DNA of 64,000 nt, taken from contig CAVTNB010000001.1 in the NCBI GenBank assembly GCA_963736005.1, positions 736,001 to 800,000 of the forward strand, given 5' to 3'. This stretch comes from an uncultured Pseudomonadota bacterium. Lineage in GTDB: Bacteria > Vulcanimicrobiota > Vulcanimicrobiia > Eremiobacterales > Eremiobacteraceae. Every line of letters starts with the position of its first letter. The first letter of the stretch is position 1. The translations under genes were made by a program, and so were the position numbers. Under the pieces are notes generated by a model that saw only the letters and a list, made by a program, of their open reading frames with translations, had not been told where the DNA came from and did not search any database. Of this stretch, positions 20,952 through 31,210 are shown piece after piece.

Positions 20952-21872
20952 TCATTGGCCGGTTTGGATGACGCCGGCCGCCTCCAATGCGAGGAAAGCA
21001 GCACCGTGTGCTGGTTCTAACGAGGGACGTTGCAGGGTACTCTTACCCGTTTCTTCGGCGCCGACACGAACGGCTTCGAACAGATCCGGAACCGCATCGA
21101 ACGCGCCGCCCGAGGCAATGACCGGAAGGATCAAAACCGTTCTCACGCTTGCCGCTACGGTGCGGACCTGCTCCCGCAGGCTTTGGCAAGCATCGCGAAC
21201 GATACGCGTGGCGGCCTCGTCGCCGGCTTCGGCGGCGTCGCCGACGAGCGCTGCGAGGGTTGCGATGGCGCCGACGTCAGGCGGCCAATGGTGGACCAGT
21301 TCGACAAGTTGCGCTACCGACGCCGCCCGCAAAGAACCCAGTACCGCATCGCTCAGCCCGCTCCTTTCTTCGAGATGGTCAAGGACGCGCGCCGCATGCT
21401 TCAGCGCGGAGACGCCGATTGAATATCCGCTCGGTGTGTCTCCGATAATGGCTCCATATCCTCCGCACCGAACGCCCTCGCCGCTCGCGCGCTCGCCATA
21501 GACAAAACTGCCGGTTCCTACGATAACCACGAGTGCTGGCCGCTCCTTTGTGCCCGCTCGAAGTGCGATCTGCGCGTCATTGCGCAGCAACACGGTTGTC
21601 TCGGGGCGCACAAGAGACCGAACGACCGATTCGAAAAATTCGCGATCCGATTCTCGCGCGAGTCCCGCCGCTCCAATGCAGACAGCACTAACCTCGCCCA
21701 CCGATAGCAATGGAACGAGCGCTTCTTTCAGACTCTCTTCTGCTTTTTCTCGCCCGACCGAGTGTATGTTAGCGCCGCCAGCACGACAGCGAGTCACTAC
21801 AAGACCTGATTCGCTGACAAGCACGGCGAGAGTTTTGCTGCCGCCTACATCGATACCGATGACGTGTTTCAA
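20952..21872 (-). CDS. BadF/MurK-like N-acetylglucosamine/MurNAc kinase
   Basis: IGIDVGGSKT, GAAG, NDA.IAL, IVGTGS, GG.G..IGD; TTG start inferred. Confidence 0.85.
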   Translation of the reverse strand: MKHVIGIDVGGSKTLAVLVSESGLVVTRCRAGGANIHSVGREKAEESLKEALVPLLSVGEVSAVCIGAAGLARESDREFFESVVRSLVRPETTVLLRNDAQIALRAGTKERPALVVIVGTGSFVYGERASGEGVRCGGYGAIIGDTPSGYSIGVSALKHAARVLDHLEERSGLSDAVLGSLRAASVAQLVELVHHWPPDVGAIATLAALVGDAAEAGDEAATRIVRDACQSLREQVRTVAASVRTVLILPVIASGGAFDAVPDLFEAVRVGAEETGKSTLQRPSLEPAHGAAFLALEAAGVIQTGQ

Positions 21873-21884
21873 CCGCTTACCTTT

Positions 21885-21971
21885 CGGGCGATTTTCCAAT
21901 CGCCCGCTACCATGGCGATTTGACAGTCGCCCCCTACATGGCGACTTGACAGTCGCCCGCTACAGGGCTAC
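21885..21971 (-). repeat. Three tandem REP family B copies after the anmK stop
   Basis: Copies at 21885-21910, 21914-21938 and 21940-21964, each ending ctac on the + strand. Confidence 0.88.
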
Positions 21972-23143
21972 GAAAAAATGGAGCGCATGAGTGGCACAAA
22001 ATTTCTTCCGGGAACGATCTTCCCCATCACGACCGGCCGTCGCGCACCGGTTGCGCTTGGCAACATATTGTTCTTGCCACGCAGCGCCTCGTACGCGAGA
22101 ATGGCAAAGGTTATCGCCTCTTTGGCATCCGCAGTGAATCCGAAAGCATCTGCGCTTGCGATGCGGGGCGGACTCTCTCGCCTCGCCAGGTTTCGTTCGA
22201 TCGCGCTTATGAGCGTGAGGTTGTGGACGCCTCCACCCGACGTCACAAGCAAACGACAATCGCCCGGAATCGCATCAACGATTGTACGCGCGCTGAGCTC
22301 GGTTAATGTCGCAACGAAATCCTCACGAGGGCACGATAGCGCGCGAGCCTTTGCATAAGCGCGATCGAAAAATGTTATTCCGAACTGTTCGACGCCAGCA
22401 GTCTTCGGCGGAGATTGAGCAAAATATGGGTCCGCTAGCAGCCATTCGAGCAAAGGCGCATTCAGCTCGCCTGACGCTGCGAGCTTGCCGTCGCGATCGA
22501 ATCCCGGACCCTCCGGAAATAACGTGCGTGCCGCGCGGTCGAGGAGCATGTTTCCGGGCCCCGTATCGAAGGCTCGCACTTCTTCTGCCGCACACCCCGC
22601 CGGCATCAACGTCACGTTCGCGATGCCTCCGATGTTGAGCGCGGCGCGCGATTCGCCTTCGCTTCGAAGCAAAAGAAAATCTGCGAACGAAACCAAGGGT
22701 GCACCTTGACCTCCGGCCGCGACGTCGGTCACCCGAAAGTCGCCGACGGTTGTCAAACCGGTTTGCTCGGCTATAACCGCCGGCTCCCCCAATTGTAAGG
22801 TTGACGCGACGCGGCCGGACGACCCGTCGGGCCGAGGTTCGTGAAAGACGGTTTGACCGTGCGAGCCAACGAGCGACGCGTCAGGCACGCGTTGCAATAT
22901 CCCCACCGCCGCTTTTGCAAATGCGTCGCCAAGGGCAAAGTTTAGCGAACTGATCTCCGCCACACCCGCGGCTGCCGGGGATGTTTGGAGCTGCTCGAGT
23001 GCCGTTCGAAGCGCCTTCGGGTATGGCGTTGTGGCAAATTCCAACAACACAAAGGTGATGCGGTGATCCGTGTCGTCGAGATCGACCGCAGCCGCGTCGA
23101 TACCATCCATTGAAGTGCCGGACATGAGCCCGATGACGCGCAT
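21968..23143 (-). CDS. anmK: Anhydro-N-acetylmuramic acid kinase
   Basis: GLMSGTSMDGID, GSHGQT, GGQGAPL, NIGGIAN, FDTGPGN, KEA..FA. Confidence 0.93.
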   Translation of the reverse strand: MRVIGLMSGTSMDGIDAAAVDLDDTDHRITFVLLEFATTPYPKALRTALEQLQTSPAAAGVAEISSLNFALGDAFAKAAVGILQRVPDASLVGSHGQTVFHEPRPDGSSGRVASTLQLGEPAVIAEQTGLTTVGDFRVTDVAAGGQGAPLVSFADFLLLRSEGESRAALNIGGIANVTLMPAGCAAEEVRAFDTGPGNMLLDRAARTLFPEGPGFDRDGKLAASGELNAPLLEWLLADPYFAQSPPKTAGVEQFGITFFDRAYAKARALSCPREDFVATLTELSARTIVDAIPGDCRLLVTSGGGVHNLTLISAIERNLARRESPPRIASADAFGFTADAKEAITFAILAYEALRGKNNMLPSATGARRPVVMGKIVPGRNFVPLMRSIFS

Positions 23144-24222
23144 TAGGCTAAGTCTTCGACCACCGCGTCGTGGACCGCGGCGCGAAGGCTCCGGATGGGT
23201 TCAGCTTGGCGACTGAAGAGCACGCGATTCGTGAGCAGCACGATGGTCAGCGAACGCTGCGGATCAACCCAGACCGATGTCCCCGTGTAGCCCGTGTGGC
23301 CAAACGAGCTTGACGAGAGTTTCTCTCCGCACGAGTGTCGACCCCTAGCTTTAAGCGCCCATGTCAGTCCGCGTCGCTCGTCGACGCCAACAGCTTGCTC
23401 GCGAACGGCTTCCTGCGCGGTCGGCCTCAAGAGGACGCGGCCCGCTCCAGCGGCCCCTCCGTTGCGGTACATTTCTGCCAAGCGCGCTACGTCTGTAGCG
23501 GTACCGAAGAGGCCTGCATGCCCCGCTACGCCTCCCATGGCCCAGCAGTTTTCGTCGTGGACCTCCCCGCGCAATAAGCGCTTCCGCCACTCGTCGTTTT
23601 CGGTGCACACGATGCGATCGGCCAGTTGATGTGGCGGACGATAGGTCGTTTGCCGGATTTCCAATGGTGCGCAAACGAGCTCGAGCATCGACGCATCGAG
23701 CGGTTTGCCCGTCACCCGCGCAATCGTCTCGCCCGCCAGCATGAACCCCAAATCGCTATACGTGACGGTTGTTCCGGGCGGCGCCTCAAGCGGGGTGGCG
23801 CAAACGCGGGCGATGACAGCTTTTGCCCCCAACTCGTCTCGAAAATTGACGTGCGCCGGCAGACCCGACGTATGGGTCAGGAGATGCCGGTAGGTGACGC
23901 GCAACCGGCGATTATCCAAACCAGCGAATTCGGGCAATCGGTCAACGATGGGATCGTCGAGGGAAATCCGCCGTTGGTCGAAGAGCACCAGCATCGCTGT
24001 GCCCGCAAACAATTTGGTGAGAGACGCAAGGTCAAAGAGCGAATCGGCGACGACTGGATCACCGTGCGGCATGCGCTCTCCGAATGCAGCTTCGAAAAGC
24101 ACCCTTCCATCGTGACGCACGTGCAGGACCGCACCGCCACAAATCTCGCCGATAGCGCGTTTCACGACCTTCATCGTTCGCGGCAGGGTCGATGCCTCGA
24201 GTGAGGTTTTCCGTGCGCTCAC
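23143..24222 (-). CDS. Serine hydrolase, beta-lactamase family (AmiE-like)
   Basis: ASLTK, LLTHTSG, YSD, GHAGLF, GHTGYTG, LTNR. Confidence 0.88.
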   Translation of the reverse strand: MSARKTSLEASTLPRTMKVVKRAIGEICGGAVLHVRHDGRVLFEAAFGERMPHGDPVVADSLFDLASLTKLFAGTAMLVLFDQRRISLDDPIVDRLPEFAGLDNRRLRVTYRHLLTHTSGLPAHVNFRDELGAKAVIARVCATPLEAPPGTTVTYSDLGFMLAGETIARVTGKPLDASMLELVCAPLEIRQTTYRPPHQLADRIVCTENDEWRKRLLRGEVHDENCWAMGGVAGHAGLFGTATDVARLAEMYRNGGAAGAGRVLLRPTAQEAVREQAVGVDERRGLTWALKARGRHSCGEKLSSSSFGHTGYTGTSVWVDPQRSLTIVLLTNRVLFSRQAEPIRSLRAAVHDAVVEDLA

Positions 24223-25808
24223 GGCGCGGCTTGCACCGGCGCGCGCAGCGACACGGGCAGCTTTCCTGATGGCGAGATCTTGCCTAAAATGACATCAGCT
24301 GCAGCTTGCATTGCACCCGCATCTTCGCCGTAGCTCGCGATGACCGTCAAGGCAGCCGGCAATACCTCAGCATCGTATGGCTCGCGTCCGGCCACCGCGA
24401 TCACTCGCTTGCCAAGCATCGCTAGGTCTGCGACCCCACGCACCTGCAAGGGATGCTGTTTGGCTCGCGTGGTGATCGCGACGACCGCGTTGGCAGATCC
24501 GGACGCCATGAGCATCTGTTTGTACTCGTGACCCGCAGGATCGAGCGACCTCACTTGTTCGTGGAGGCGCGCCTCGCTTGCGCCGAGAGCGGCGCCTATA
24601 ACCGTTTTGCGATGGCGATCGACGTCTTCTACCCCGGAGGATTGTTCGTCGCCAAACTCGATGACGAGCAAGCGCTCTTCCTTGTTCAAGCGCAGCGGCA
24701 GCAGAGAGTTCGGATCGCGGACCAAGGTGATCGCGCGGCGAGCGACCTCCAGCGCAGCTTGCTTGTGCCGTTCGCTTCCGACCGTGTCGAGGGGCGGCCT
24801 TGAGATGTTGTTCGCCGCGAGACGCCGCCGAAGTTTTGCAACGCGTTGGAGGCTTTGCTGCACGCGCTCACCGGACAAGCGCCCCTCCAAAACCGCGGCG
24901 CGCAGGGCATCGCGAGCCCGGCGCACCTTATCGGGAGTATGCGAAAACAAAATGAGGTCTGCGCCCGCCGCAACGGCTTCAACCGCCGCCGCCTCGGGCG
25001 TGTGGTGCGCTTCTATCGCTTTCATTTCCATACAATCGGTGACGATGACACCCTGGTACCGCAGCTCGTCTCGCAGAAGCTCGCTCAGGATTCGGTGCGA
25101 AAGCGTCGCTGGTTTGCCTTGCTCTTCGATTGCTGGAAAGAGCGCGTGTGCGGTCATGATCGCATCCACACCTTCGGTGATGGCTGCGGAAAAAGGTACG
25201 AGTTCGACCGCCCGGACGTGAGCGAGATCGTGGGGAATCGATGGCAAATCGAAGTGGGAATCGATCGTCGTATCGCCGTGACCTGGAAAGTGCTTCGCAG
25301 TGGCAGCGACGGATGCAGCGTGCAACCCGCGAATGGCCGCCCGCACATTCAAACCCACCGCGTGCGGGTCGTCACCGAACGAGCGCAACCCAATGACCGG
25401 ATTGTCCGGATTGTTGTTGATGTCTGCGACCGGCGCAAAATCAACAGTGAAGCCGAGAGTGCCCAGCTCGTCACCGATGAGACGGTACATCGACTCGGTT
25501 GCTGCGGGATCGCGAACCGCGCCCAGCGCCATCGCGGACGGCGTGGTCGTGCCTATCTGCGCGAGCCGCGAGACGGTGCCACCCTCTTGATCCAAGGCGA
25601 TAAGCGGCGGCGCTTCGCCGTCGCGGGCGAGCGAGCGGATAGCGTCGGTCAACTCGCGCACTTGTTGCGCATCTTTGATGTTGCGGCGAAAGAGGACCAC
25701 ACCTCCAGCCTGCGCGACGAGATCGCGTGGCACGTCCGCAGCGGCTGTCCCCTGAAAACCGAACATGAGGAGCCCGGCAACCTGGTCTGCAAGCATTTTG
25801 TCGACCAC
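24219..25808 (-). CDS. nagZ: GH3 beta-N-acetylglucosaminidase
   Basis: DQEGG.V.R, PVAD, RSFG, KHFPGHG, DSH, TDCMEM; C-terminal GH3 domain. Confidence 0.92.
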   Translation of the reverse strand: MVDKMLADQVAGLLMFGFQGTAAADVPRDLVAQAGGVVLFRRNIKDAQQVRELTDAIRSLARDGEAPPLIALDQEGGTVSRLAQIGTTTPSAMALGAVRDPAATESMYRLIGDELGTLGFTVDFAPVADINNNPDNPVIGLRSFGDDPHAVGLNVRAAIRGLHAASVAATAKHFPGHGDTTIDSHFDLPSIPHDLAHVRAVELVPFSAAITEGVDAIMTAHALFPAIEEQGKPATLSHRILSELLRDELRYQGVIVTDCMEMKAIEAHHTPEAAAVEAVAAGADLILFSHTPDKVRRARDALRAAVLEGRLSGERVQQSLQRVAKLRRRLAANNISRPPLDTVGSERHKQAALEVARRAITLVRDPNSLLPLRLNKEERLLVIEFGDEQSSGVEDVDRHRKTVIGAALGASEARLHEQVRSLDPAGHEYKQMLMASGSANAVVAITTRAKQHPLQVRGVADLAMLGKRVIAVAGREPYDAEVLPAALTVIASYGEDAGAMQAAADVILGKISPSGKLPVSLRAPVQAAP

Positions 25809-25905
25809 CTTTTTGGGCTACCTCGCTCTCGGCGCTTGCACCTGTATTTGCGTGGAGGCAGCGGTGGAGGTCAGGTGAGCGAGCTGGCGGAAAGCGCCCG
25901 TCATC

Positions 25906-28566
25906 ATGCGAGTTGCCATCTGCGCCGGCGCCGTTTTGGCGGCGGTTCTCCTCCACTCTGCCGCTCCTGCGCGATCACAGAGTTCGGACGTTGCACGTGC
26001 CACGCTCCCAAACGGCATGCGGGTTGTCGTCGTTCGCGACGCGCTCGCGCCCGTCGTGACCGTAGAATTGAATTACTTGGTCGGCTCTGCCGAAACGCCG
26101 ACGGGGTTCCCTGGCTTGGCGCACGCGCAGGAGCACATGATGTTTCGCGGCAGCACCGGTTTGTCCACCGGGCAGCTGGCAAACATTAACGCATCAATGG
26201 GCGGCGACATTGATGCCGACACGCAAGATACGGTCACGCAGTTCTTTGCCACCGTTCCCGCCGACGACTTGGACATCGTCTTGCATGTCGAGTCCATCCG
26301 TATGCGCGGCGTTCTTGACACGTCGCAAGAGTGGGCACAAGAGCGTGGCGCCATTGAACAAGAAGTGTCGCGCGATCTGTCCGCCCCATTTTATAAGTTC
26401 TTAACCGCCGCGCGGGCAAGCATGTATTCGGGGACACCGTACGAGCACGACGCGCTCGGCACACGCCCGTCGTTTGAATTGACGACGGCGGCGATGATTA
26501 AGTCTTTTTATGATGCTTGGTACCATCCCAACAACGCCATTTTGGTCATCACGGGAGACGTCGATCCTCAAGCGGCTATCACTGACGTGCAAAAATATTT
26601 CACCAGCATCCCTAGCGCTCGGCTTCCCGCTCGCAAGCCCGTCAAACTCGGGCCCCTAAAGGCAGCACGTATCGAGCTCACCTCCGACCTGCCAGTGCCC
26701 CTCGTTGTCGCGGCCTACCGGTTTCCTGGCTATCAAAGTCCCGACTATGCGGCCGGGGAAGTGTTGAGCTCCGCCCTTGCAAGCCAGCGGGGTGCTCTTG
26801 CCGACCTCGTCGTCTCTGGAAAAGCGCTCGCAGCCGGCTTTTTCCCGGGCAGCACGTTGCCGCAGTCTGCGACGGCCATGGTCTACGGCGCGTCGCAAGG
26901 CGGCGATACGCAAGCGCTGCTAAAGCTCGTCCAAGGTGTGCTGGATAGTTATGTTAAGAACGGTGTGCCGGAAGATCTTGTGGATGCATCGCGCCGCCAG
27001 CTCGTCGCGCAAGCGGAATTCAATAAGAATTCGATATCGGGCTTGGCCGATGCGTGGTCCGAGGCAGTCGCCGTCGAGGGCGTCTCCTCACCGGACGAGG
27101 ATGTAGCGCAATTGGGCAAGGTAACCACAGCTGACGTCAATCGTGTTGCACGAACGTATCTCAAGAACAATACGGCGGTGGTCGGCATTCTTACGCCCCG
27201 GCCGTCGGGCGGACCCATTGCAAGCCACGGGTACGGGGGCGCGGAGTCATTCGCTCCGACCCAAAATGCCGCCGCGGTTATGCCCGACTGGGCCAGCAGC
27301 ACCCTAAGCTCGCTCAACGTACCGCAGTCGAGCATCAATCCAAACGCAATCACCCTGCCGAACGGCATCCACCTTATCGTACAACAAGAGAGCATTACGC
27401 CGACGGTGAGTGTGGTCGGTCGGGTGAAATCAGACCCCGATCTTGAAACGACACAAGGCAAAGAGGGCGTTTCCGGCGTGCTCGATGCCCTGTTCTCGTA
27501 CGGAACGACCGACCTTGATCGGGTTGCCTTCCAGCAAGCGCTTGATCGTATTGCGGCCTCGGAAAGCGCCGGTGCTGACTTTTCGCTGTCAGTCCTTTCG
27601 TCCGATTTTGATCGTGGTGTCCAGCTTCTTGCAGACAACGAATTGCATCCAGCGCTGCCGCCGCAGAACTTTACGATCGTCCGGTCCCAAATCGCGTATG
27701 AATTGCGCGGCGAGTTGCAGACTCCGGACTACCTGACCGACCGGGCGCTGAACAACGCGCTGTATCCAAAGGATGACCCGACGCAGCGGGAGGCAACACC
27801 CGACACCGTTTCGGCGCTCTCGGTCGATGACGTCCGCAACTACTATGCGAAGGTTTTTCGGCCCGACCTGACCACCATCGTTGTCATTGGCGACGTGACG
27901 CCAGCACAGGCGCAAGCCTCGATTGGAAAATGGTTCGGCGGATGGACGGCTTCGGGCACGCCGCCCGTGACCGATCTTCCAGCCGTGCCCAACAACACAC
28001 CGGCAACCGTCACCGTTCCCAATGCGTCGCGCGTTCAGGATAATGTGACGCTTGCGGAAACCGTGGGCATCAGTCGCTCCGACGCAGATTACTACGCTCT
28101 CGTCGTCGGCGATCACGTGCTTGGCGGCGGATTCTACGCCACGCGGCTCTACCGCGACGTGCGCCAGCAAGCCGGGCTCGCCTACGAGGTGAGCAACGAG
28201 CTCAACGTCGGAAAACTGCGGTCGCTGTATTCGGTCTCGTACGGTTGCGATCCGCAAAACGTCGGGAAGGCTCGATCCATCATTGTTCGCGATCTCCACG
28301 ACATGCAAGTGAGCCAGGTAACGCCGAGCGAGTTGCAACTAGCCAAAGCGCTGCTCCTTCACGAGATTCCGCTGCGCGAGTCAAGTGAGGATGCCATTGC
28401 AGGTGGATTGTTGAGCCGCTCGGTCGCCGGCCTGCCACTCAACGACCTCGAGCTATCGGCTCAGCGCTACGTGGCAGTCACGGCGGCTCAGATCCAAGCT
28501 GCCTTCGCGAAGTGGATCCGCCCGGATGGGTTCGCGCAGATAACACAAGGCCCGCCGCCAACGTAG
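25906..28566 (+). CDS. Secreted M16 zinc peptidase (pitrilysin family)
   Basis: Signal peptide, TLPNG, HxxEH (HAQEH), duplicated M16 halves. Confidence 0.92.
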   Translation: MRVAICAGAVLAAVLLHSAAPARSQSSDVARATLPNGMRVVVVRDALAPVVTVELNYLVGSAETPTGFPGLAHAQEHMMFRGSTGLSTGQLANINASMGGDIDADTQDTVTQFFATVPADDLDIVLHVESIRMRGVLDTSQEWAQERGAIEQEVSRDLSAPFYKFLTAARASMYSGTPYEHDALGTRPSFELTTAAMIKSFYDAWYHPNNAILVITGDVDPQAAITDVQKYFTSIPSARLPARKPVKLGPLKAARIELTSDLPVPLVVAAYRFPGYQSPDYAAGEVLSSALASQRGALADLVVSGKALAAGFFPGSTLPQSATAMVYGASQGGDTQALLKLVQGVLDSYVKNGVPEDLVDASRRQLVAQAEFNKNSISGLADAWSEAVAVEGVSSPDEDVAQLGKVTTADVNRVARTYLKNNTAVVGILTPRPSGGPIASHGYGGAESFAPTQNAAAVMPDWASSTLSSLNVPQSSINPNAITLPNGIHLIVQQESITPTVSVVGRVKSDPDLETTQGKEGVSGVLDALFSYGTTDLDRVAFQQALDRIAASESAGADFSLSVLSSDFDRGVQLLADNELHPALPPQNFTIVRSQIAYELRGELQTPDYLTDRALNNALYPKDDPTQREATPDTVSALSVDDVRNYYAKVFRPDLTTIVVIGDVTPAQAQASIGKWFGGWTASGTPPVTDLPAVPNNTPATVTVPNASRVQDNVTLAETVGISRSDADYYALVVGDHVLGGGFYATRLYRDVRQQAGLAYEVSNELNVGKLRSLYSVSYGCDPQNVGKARSIIVRDLHDMQVSQVTPSELQLAKALLLHEIPLRESSEDAIAGGLLSRSVAGLPLNDLELSAQRYVAVTAAQIQAAFAKWIRPDGFAQITQGPPPT

Positions 28567-28645
28567 TCGCGCGTGTATTGAGATGTAGTCGCGCGAATTT
28601 ATTCGCGCGTATATGCAGATGTAGTCGCGCGAATTTATTCGCGCG
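28563..28645 (+). repeat. REP family A: one truncated plus two full copies between convergent genes
   Basis: gtagtcgcgcg..; gtagtcgcgcgaatttattcgcgcg at 28585 and 28621. Confidence 0.9.
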
Positions 28646-29834
28646 GGCGCTCGATTGCCAGCGCGGTACCCCCGCCCGTTCCGTGACAGAGTGCGGCGAT
28701 GCCGCGAGTGCCGTTGCGTTCCACGAGTGCGTTGAGCAATGTGACGACGAGCCGTGCGCCGGTCGCGCCGAGCGGATGCCCAAGTGCTATCGCGCCGCCA
28801 TGCACGTTGAGCTGGTCGCGCGAAACGTCCAGTTGGCGCTCGAAGAGCAGCGTGCTTAACGCGAACGCCTCATTGTTTTCAAAAAGATCGAAGTCGCTCA
28901 GCTGCATGCCAAGCTTCGTGAGCAGTTTGCGGACCGCGGGAATGGGTGCCTCTGCGAAGCGCCAGGTGGGTCCCGCAGACCAGCTCCCACCCAGGATTTT
29001 CCCGATGGGTTTGAGCTGGTGACGCTCGACCGCGCCTTGACTTGCGAGCAGAACTGCCGCCGCCCCATCGGAGATTTGGCTCGAGTTGCCTGCCGAGAGT
29101 AGCCCTGCACCGCCTGCGAACGACGGACGCAGTTTACTCAAGATCTCAAGGGTGGTTTCAGGCCTAATCCCTTCATCCCGGTCGACCATCTCAACGCCCT
29201 TTTTCGTTTTGACTTCGACTGGAACGATTTCTCGCGCAAAGACGCCGGATTGTGTTGCACGTGCGGCGCGCTGATGCGAGGTCGCCGCGACGGTGTCGAG
29301 TTCGGCGCGGCTGACGCCGTACTCGCGGGCTAAGCGCTCTGTTTCTTCACCCATGCCTTCACCTGTGATTGGGTCAGTGAGCCCGTCGTAGGTGAGAACG
29401 TCAATCAATTGTTCCGGAGCGCCGGCGAGCGACTTGTATCCCCAGCGTGCGCGCGGCGAGAGCATGAAGCCAGTTTGCGTCATGGATTCAAAGCCACCGG
29501 CCAGCACGAGGTCTGCATCGCCGGTCGCGATGGCGTGCGAGGCGCTCATGAGACTCATCATCGCCGACGAACACACCATGTCGATGGCGTAACCATCCAC
29601 CGTGTCGGGGATGCCCGCAGCAAGCGCGGCTTGGCGCGGCAAGAGCTGTCCCCATCCTGCCCGCAGCACGTTCCCAAAAACGTACAAGTCCAAGTCTTTG
29701 CCGGGGATATGAGCTCGCGCCAACGCCGCGCGCATAGCGTGAGATCCAAGCACGATGGGAGAGAGGTCGCGCAAAACGCCGCCGAACTTGCCGATTGGCG
29801 TGCGCGCGCCGGAAACGATAAAAACGTCGTGCAT
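28635..29834 (-). CDS. Acetyl-CoA C-acyltransferase (thiolase)
   Basis: ARTPIG, VCSS, GNSSQISDGAAA, NEAFA, GGAIALGHPLGATG, LCHG.GGG. Confidence 0.93.
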   Translation of the reverse strand: MHDVFIVSGARTPIGKFGGVLRDLSPIVLGSHAMRAALARAHIPGKDLDLYVFGNVLRAGWGQLLPRQAALAAGIPDTVDGYAIDMVCSSAMMSLMSASHAIATGDADLVLAGGFESMTQTGFMLSPRARWGYKSLAGAPEQLIDVLTYDGLTDPITGEGMGEETERLAREYGVSRAELDTVAATSHQRAARATQSGVFAREIVPVEVKTKKGVEMVDRDEGIRPETTLEILSKLRPSFAGGAGLLSAGNSSQISDGAAAVLLASQGAVERHQLKPIGKILGGSWSAGPTWRFAEAPIPAVRKLLTKLGMQLSDFDLFENNEAFALSTLLFERQLDVSRDQLNVHGGAIALGHPLGATGARLVVTLLNALVERNGTRGIAALCHGTGGGTALAIERPRE

Positions 29835-29847
29835 GCGGTCGAGCTGC

Positions 29848-30216
29848 TTAATGAACCACGACCGAATTGGCGATCCACTCGCCGCCGCGGATGACGCCCG
29901 AGGCGGTGATTTTGCTGCCGTGCCGGATATCCGAAATGCTGCCTGCCTCACCTCGGAGTTCGATCGCCGTCGTCGGCGTAATCTCAATTTCGAGATGCCG
30001 TCCGCCCGCATTGAGGATCACGCTGTTGCTGACGTAACTTACCGACTCCACCACGCCCGACACGTTGAAGCGCTTATTCGCGTCAGCAAGAAGCCATATG
30101 CTTTGCGCCGTGGCTTGCGGTGATGCCGAAATCGGCTGTATCGCGCTAGCGCACATCACGCTCGCCGCAACAGCGATCGCCCATATCCAGTTGCACGCTC
30201 TCCATGGATGCTTCAT
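29848..30216 (-). CDS. Hypothetical secreted OB-fold-like (DUF5666-like) protein
   Basis: Signal peptide; GVVESV..ITPTT.I..ISDIRHG.KI...G pattern. Confidence 0.6.
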   Translation of the reverse strand: MKHPWRACNWIWAIAVAASVMCASAIQPISASPQATAQSIWLLADANKRFNVSGVVESVSYVSNSVILNAGGRHLEIEITPTTAIELRGEAGSISDIRHGSKITASGVIRGGEWIANSVVVH

Positions 30217-30319
30217 ACCGGTTCGATAACGCTTTTACTCCCCGTTTTGTTTCGCCTGCACGGCGCGCAGACACACTGTGATGCGAGGCGCATTGCCTCG
30301 CAAGCTCGAAGGCGGCTGC

Positions 30320-31162
30320 GTGAGCGTGACACTTTTGCCCGAGCGGAATCTCGGCGCGACAAACGTCAAGGCAACGGTCTTGGGGCTCGGCGGCGAGGGT
30401 GTCTTGCGAACGTTTGGGTATGAGTCGCAGGCGCGCGAGGTTATCGAAGCCGCGTTGGAAGAAAAGATCACCTATTTTGACTCCGCGCGCGCATATGCTG
30501 GGAGCGAGCAATACTACGGCGCAACCTTGGGACGAAGGCGAGACCAAATCTTCCTCACCTCAAAGGCCCACGATCGCACGCGGCGCGGCGCATTGGCGAT
30601 GCTCGACCAGACGCTCGCCAACATGCGCGTAACGCACCTGGACCTGTGGCAATTGCACGACCTGCGCACGTGGGAAGAGCTCGATGCGATTACAGCTCCG
30701 GGCGGGGCCTACGAGGCATTCGTGGAGGCCAAGCAATCCGGCAAGACGCGCTTTATCGGTGTCACGGGCCACTACGACCAAGATGTTTTGCTGGCGGCAA
30801 TCGAGCGCCTCAAATTTGACACCCTCTTGATCCCCGTGAATCCATGCGAAGCGCAAGCGACTGCCTTTGCGACAAGAGTTGGAAGGCGAGCCATAGGGTT
30901 GGGCATGGGGGTCATCGGCATGAAGGTTCTCTCTCGCGGACTGCTCACGAGCTTGCCAGATGCGCCCGGCCTGCAAGAACTTATTGATTACGCGCTCAGC
31001 CAACCCGTGCATGTGATCATCATTGGATGCGATTCGGTGCAGCAGGTTCGGGAGAACGCCACAGCCGCACGAAGATTCACCCCAATGGCGCCCGCGGCGC
31101 AGCAGGAGCTCGAGCAACGGCTGAGCCCTTATTCCACAGAGATGCTTTATTATAGAAAATAA
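30320..31162 (+). CDS. Aldo/keto reductase
   Basis: LGLGG, YFDSA.AY.GSE, TSK, DLWQLH, IGVTGH, GMK. Confidence 0.9.
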   Translation: MSVTLLPERNLGATNVKATVLGLGGEGVLRTFGYESQAREVIEAALEEKITYFDSARAYAGSEQYYGATLGRRRDQIFLTSKAHDRTRRGALAMLDQTLANMRVTHLDLWQLHDLRTWEELDAITAPGGAYEAFVEAKQSGKTRFIGVTGHYDQDVLLAAIERLKFDTLLIPVNPCEAQATAFATRVGRRAIGLGMGVIGMKVLSRGLLTSLPDAPGLQELIDYALSQPVHVIIIGCDSVQQVRENATAARRFTPMAPAAQQELEQRLSPYSTEMLYYRK

Positions 31163-31184
31163 CCGCGCCGCGCGGGGTCTCCTT

Positions 31185-31210
31185 GGGCGATTCGACAATC
31201 GCCCGTTACA
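31185..31210 (-). repeat. REP family B (GTAA variant) supplying the mqnD stop
   Basis: gggcgattcgacaatcgcccgttaca. Confidence 0.8.

Noticed and set aside
21885..21971. Tandem ~26-bp repeats resembling a mini CRISPR array (also at 28563-28645)
   Set aside because: No unique spacers of CRISPR length and no cas genes; the units match the dispersed REP families.
24846..26189. Long antisense/overlapping ORFs (e.g. 447 aa here, 40708-41679, 58385-59419)
   Set aside because: Shadow frames of well-supported genes in GC-rich DNA, with no recognisable motifs.
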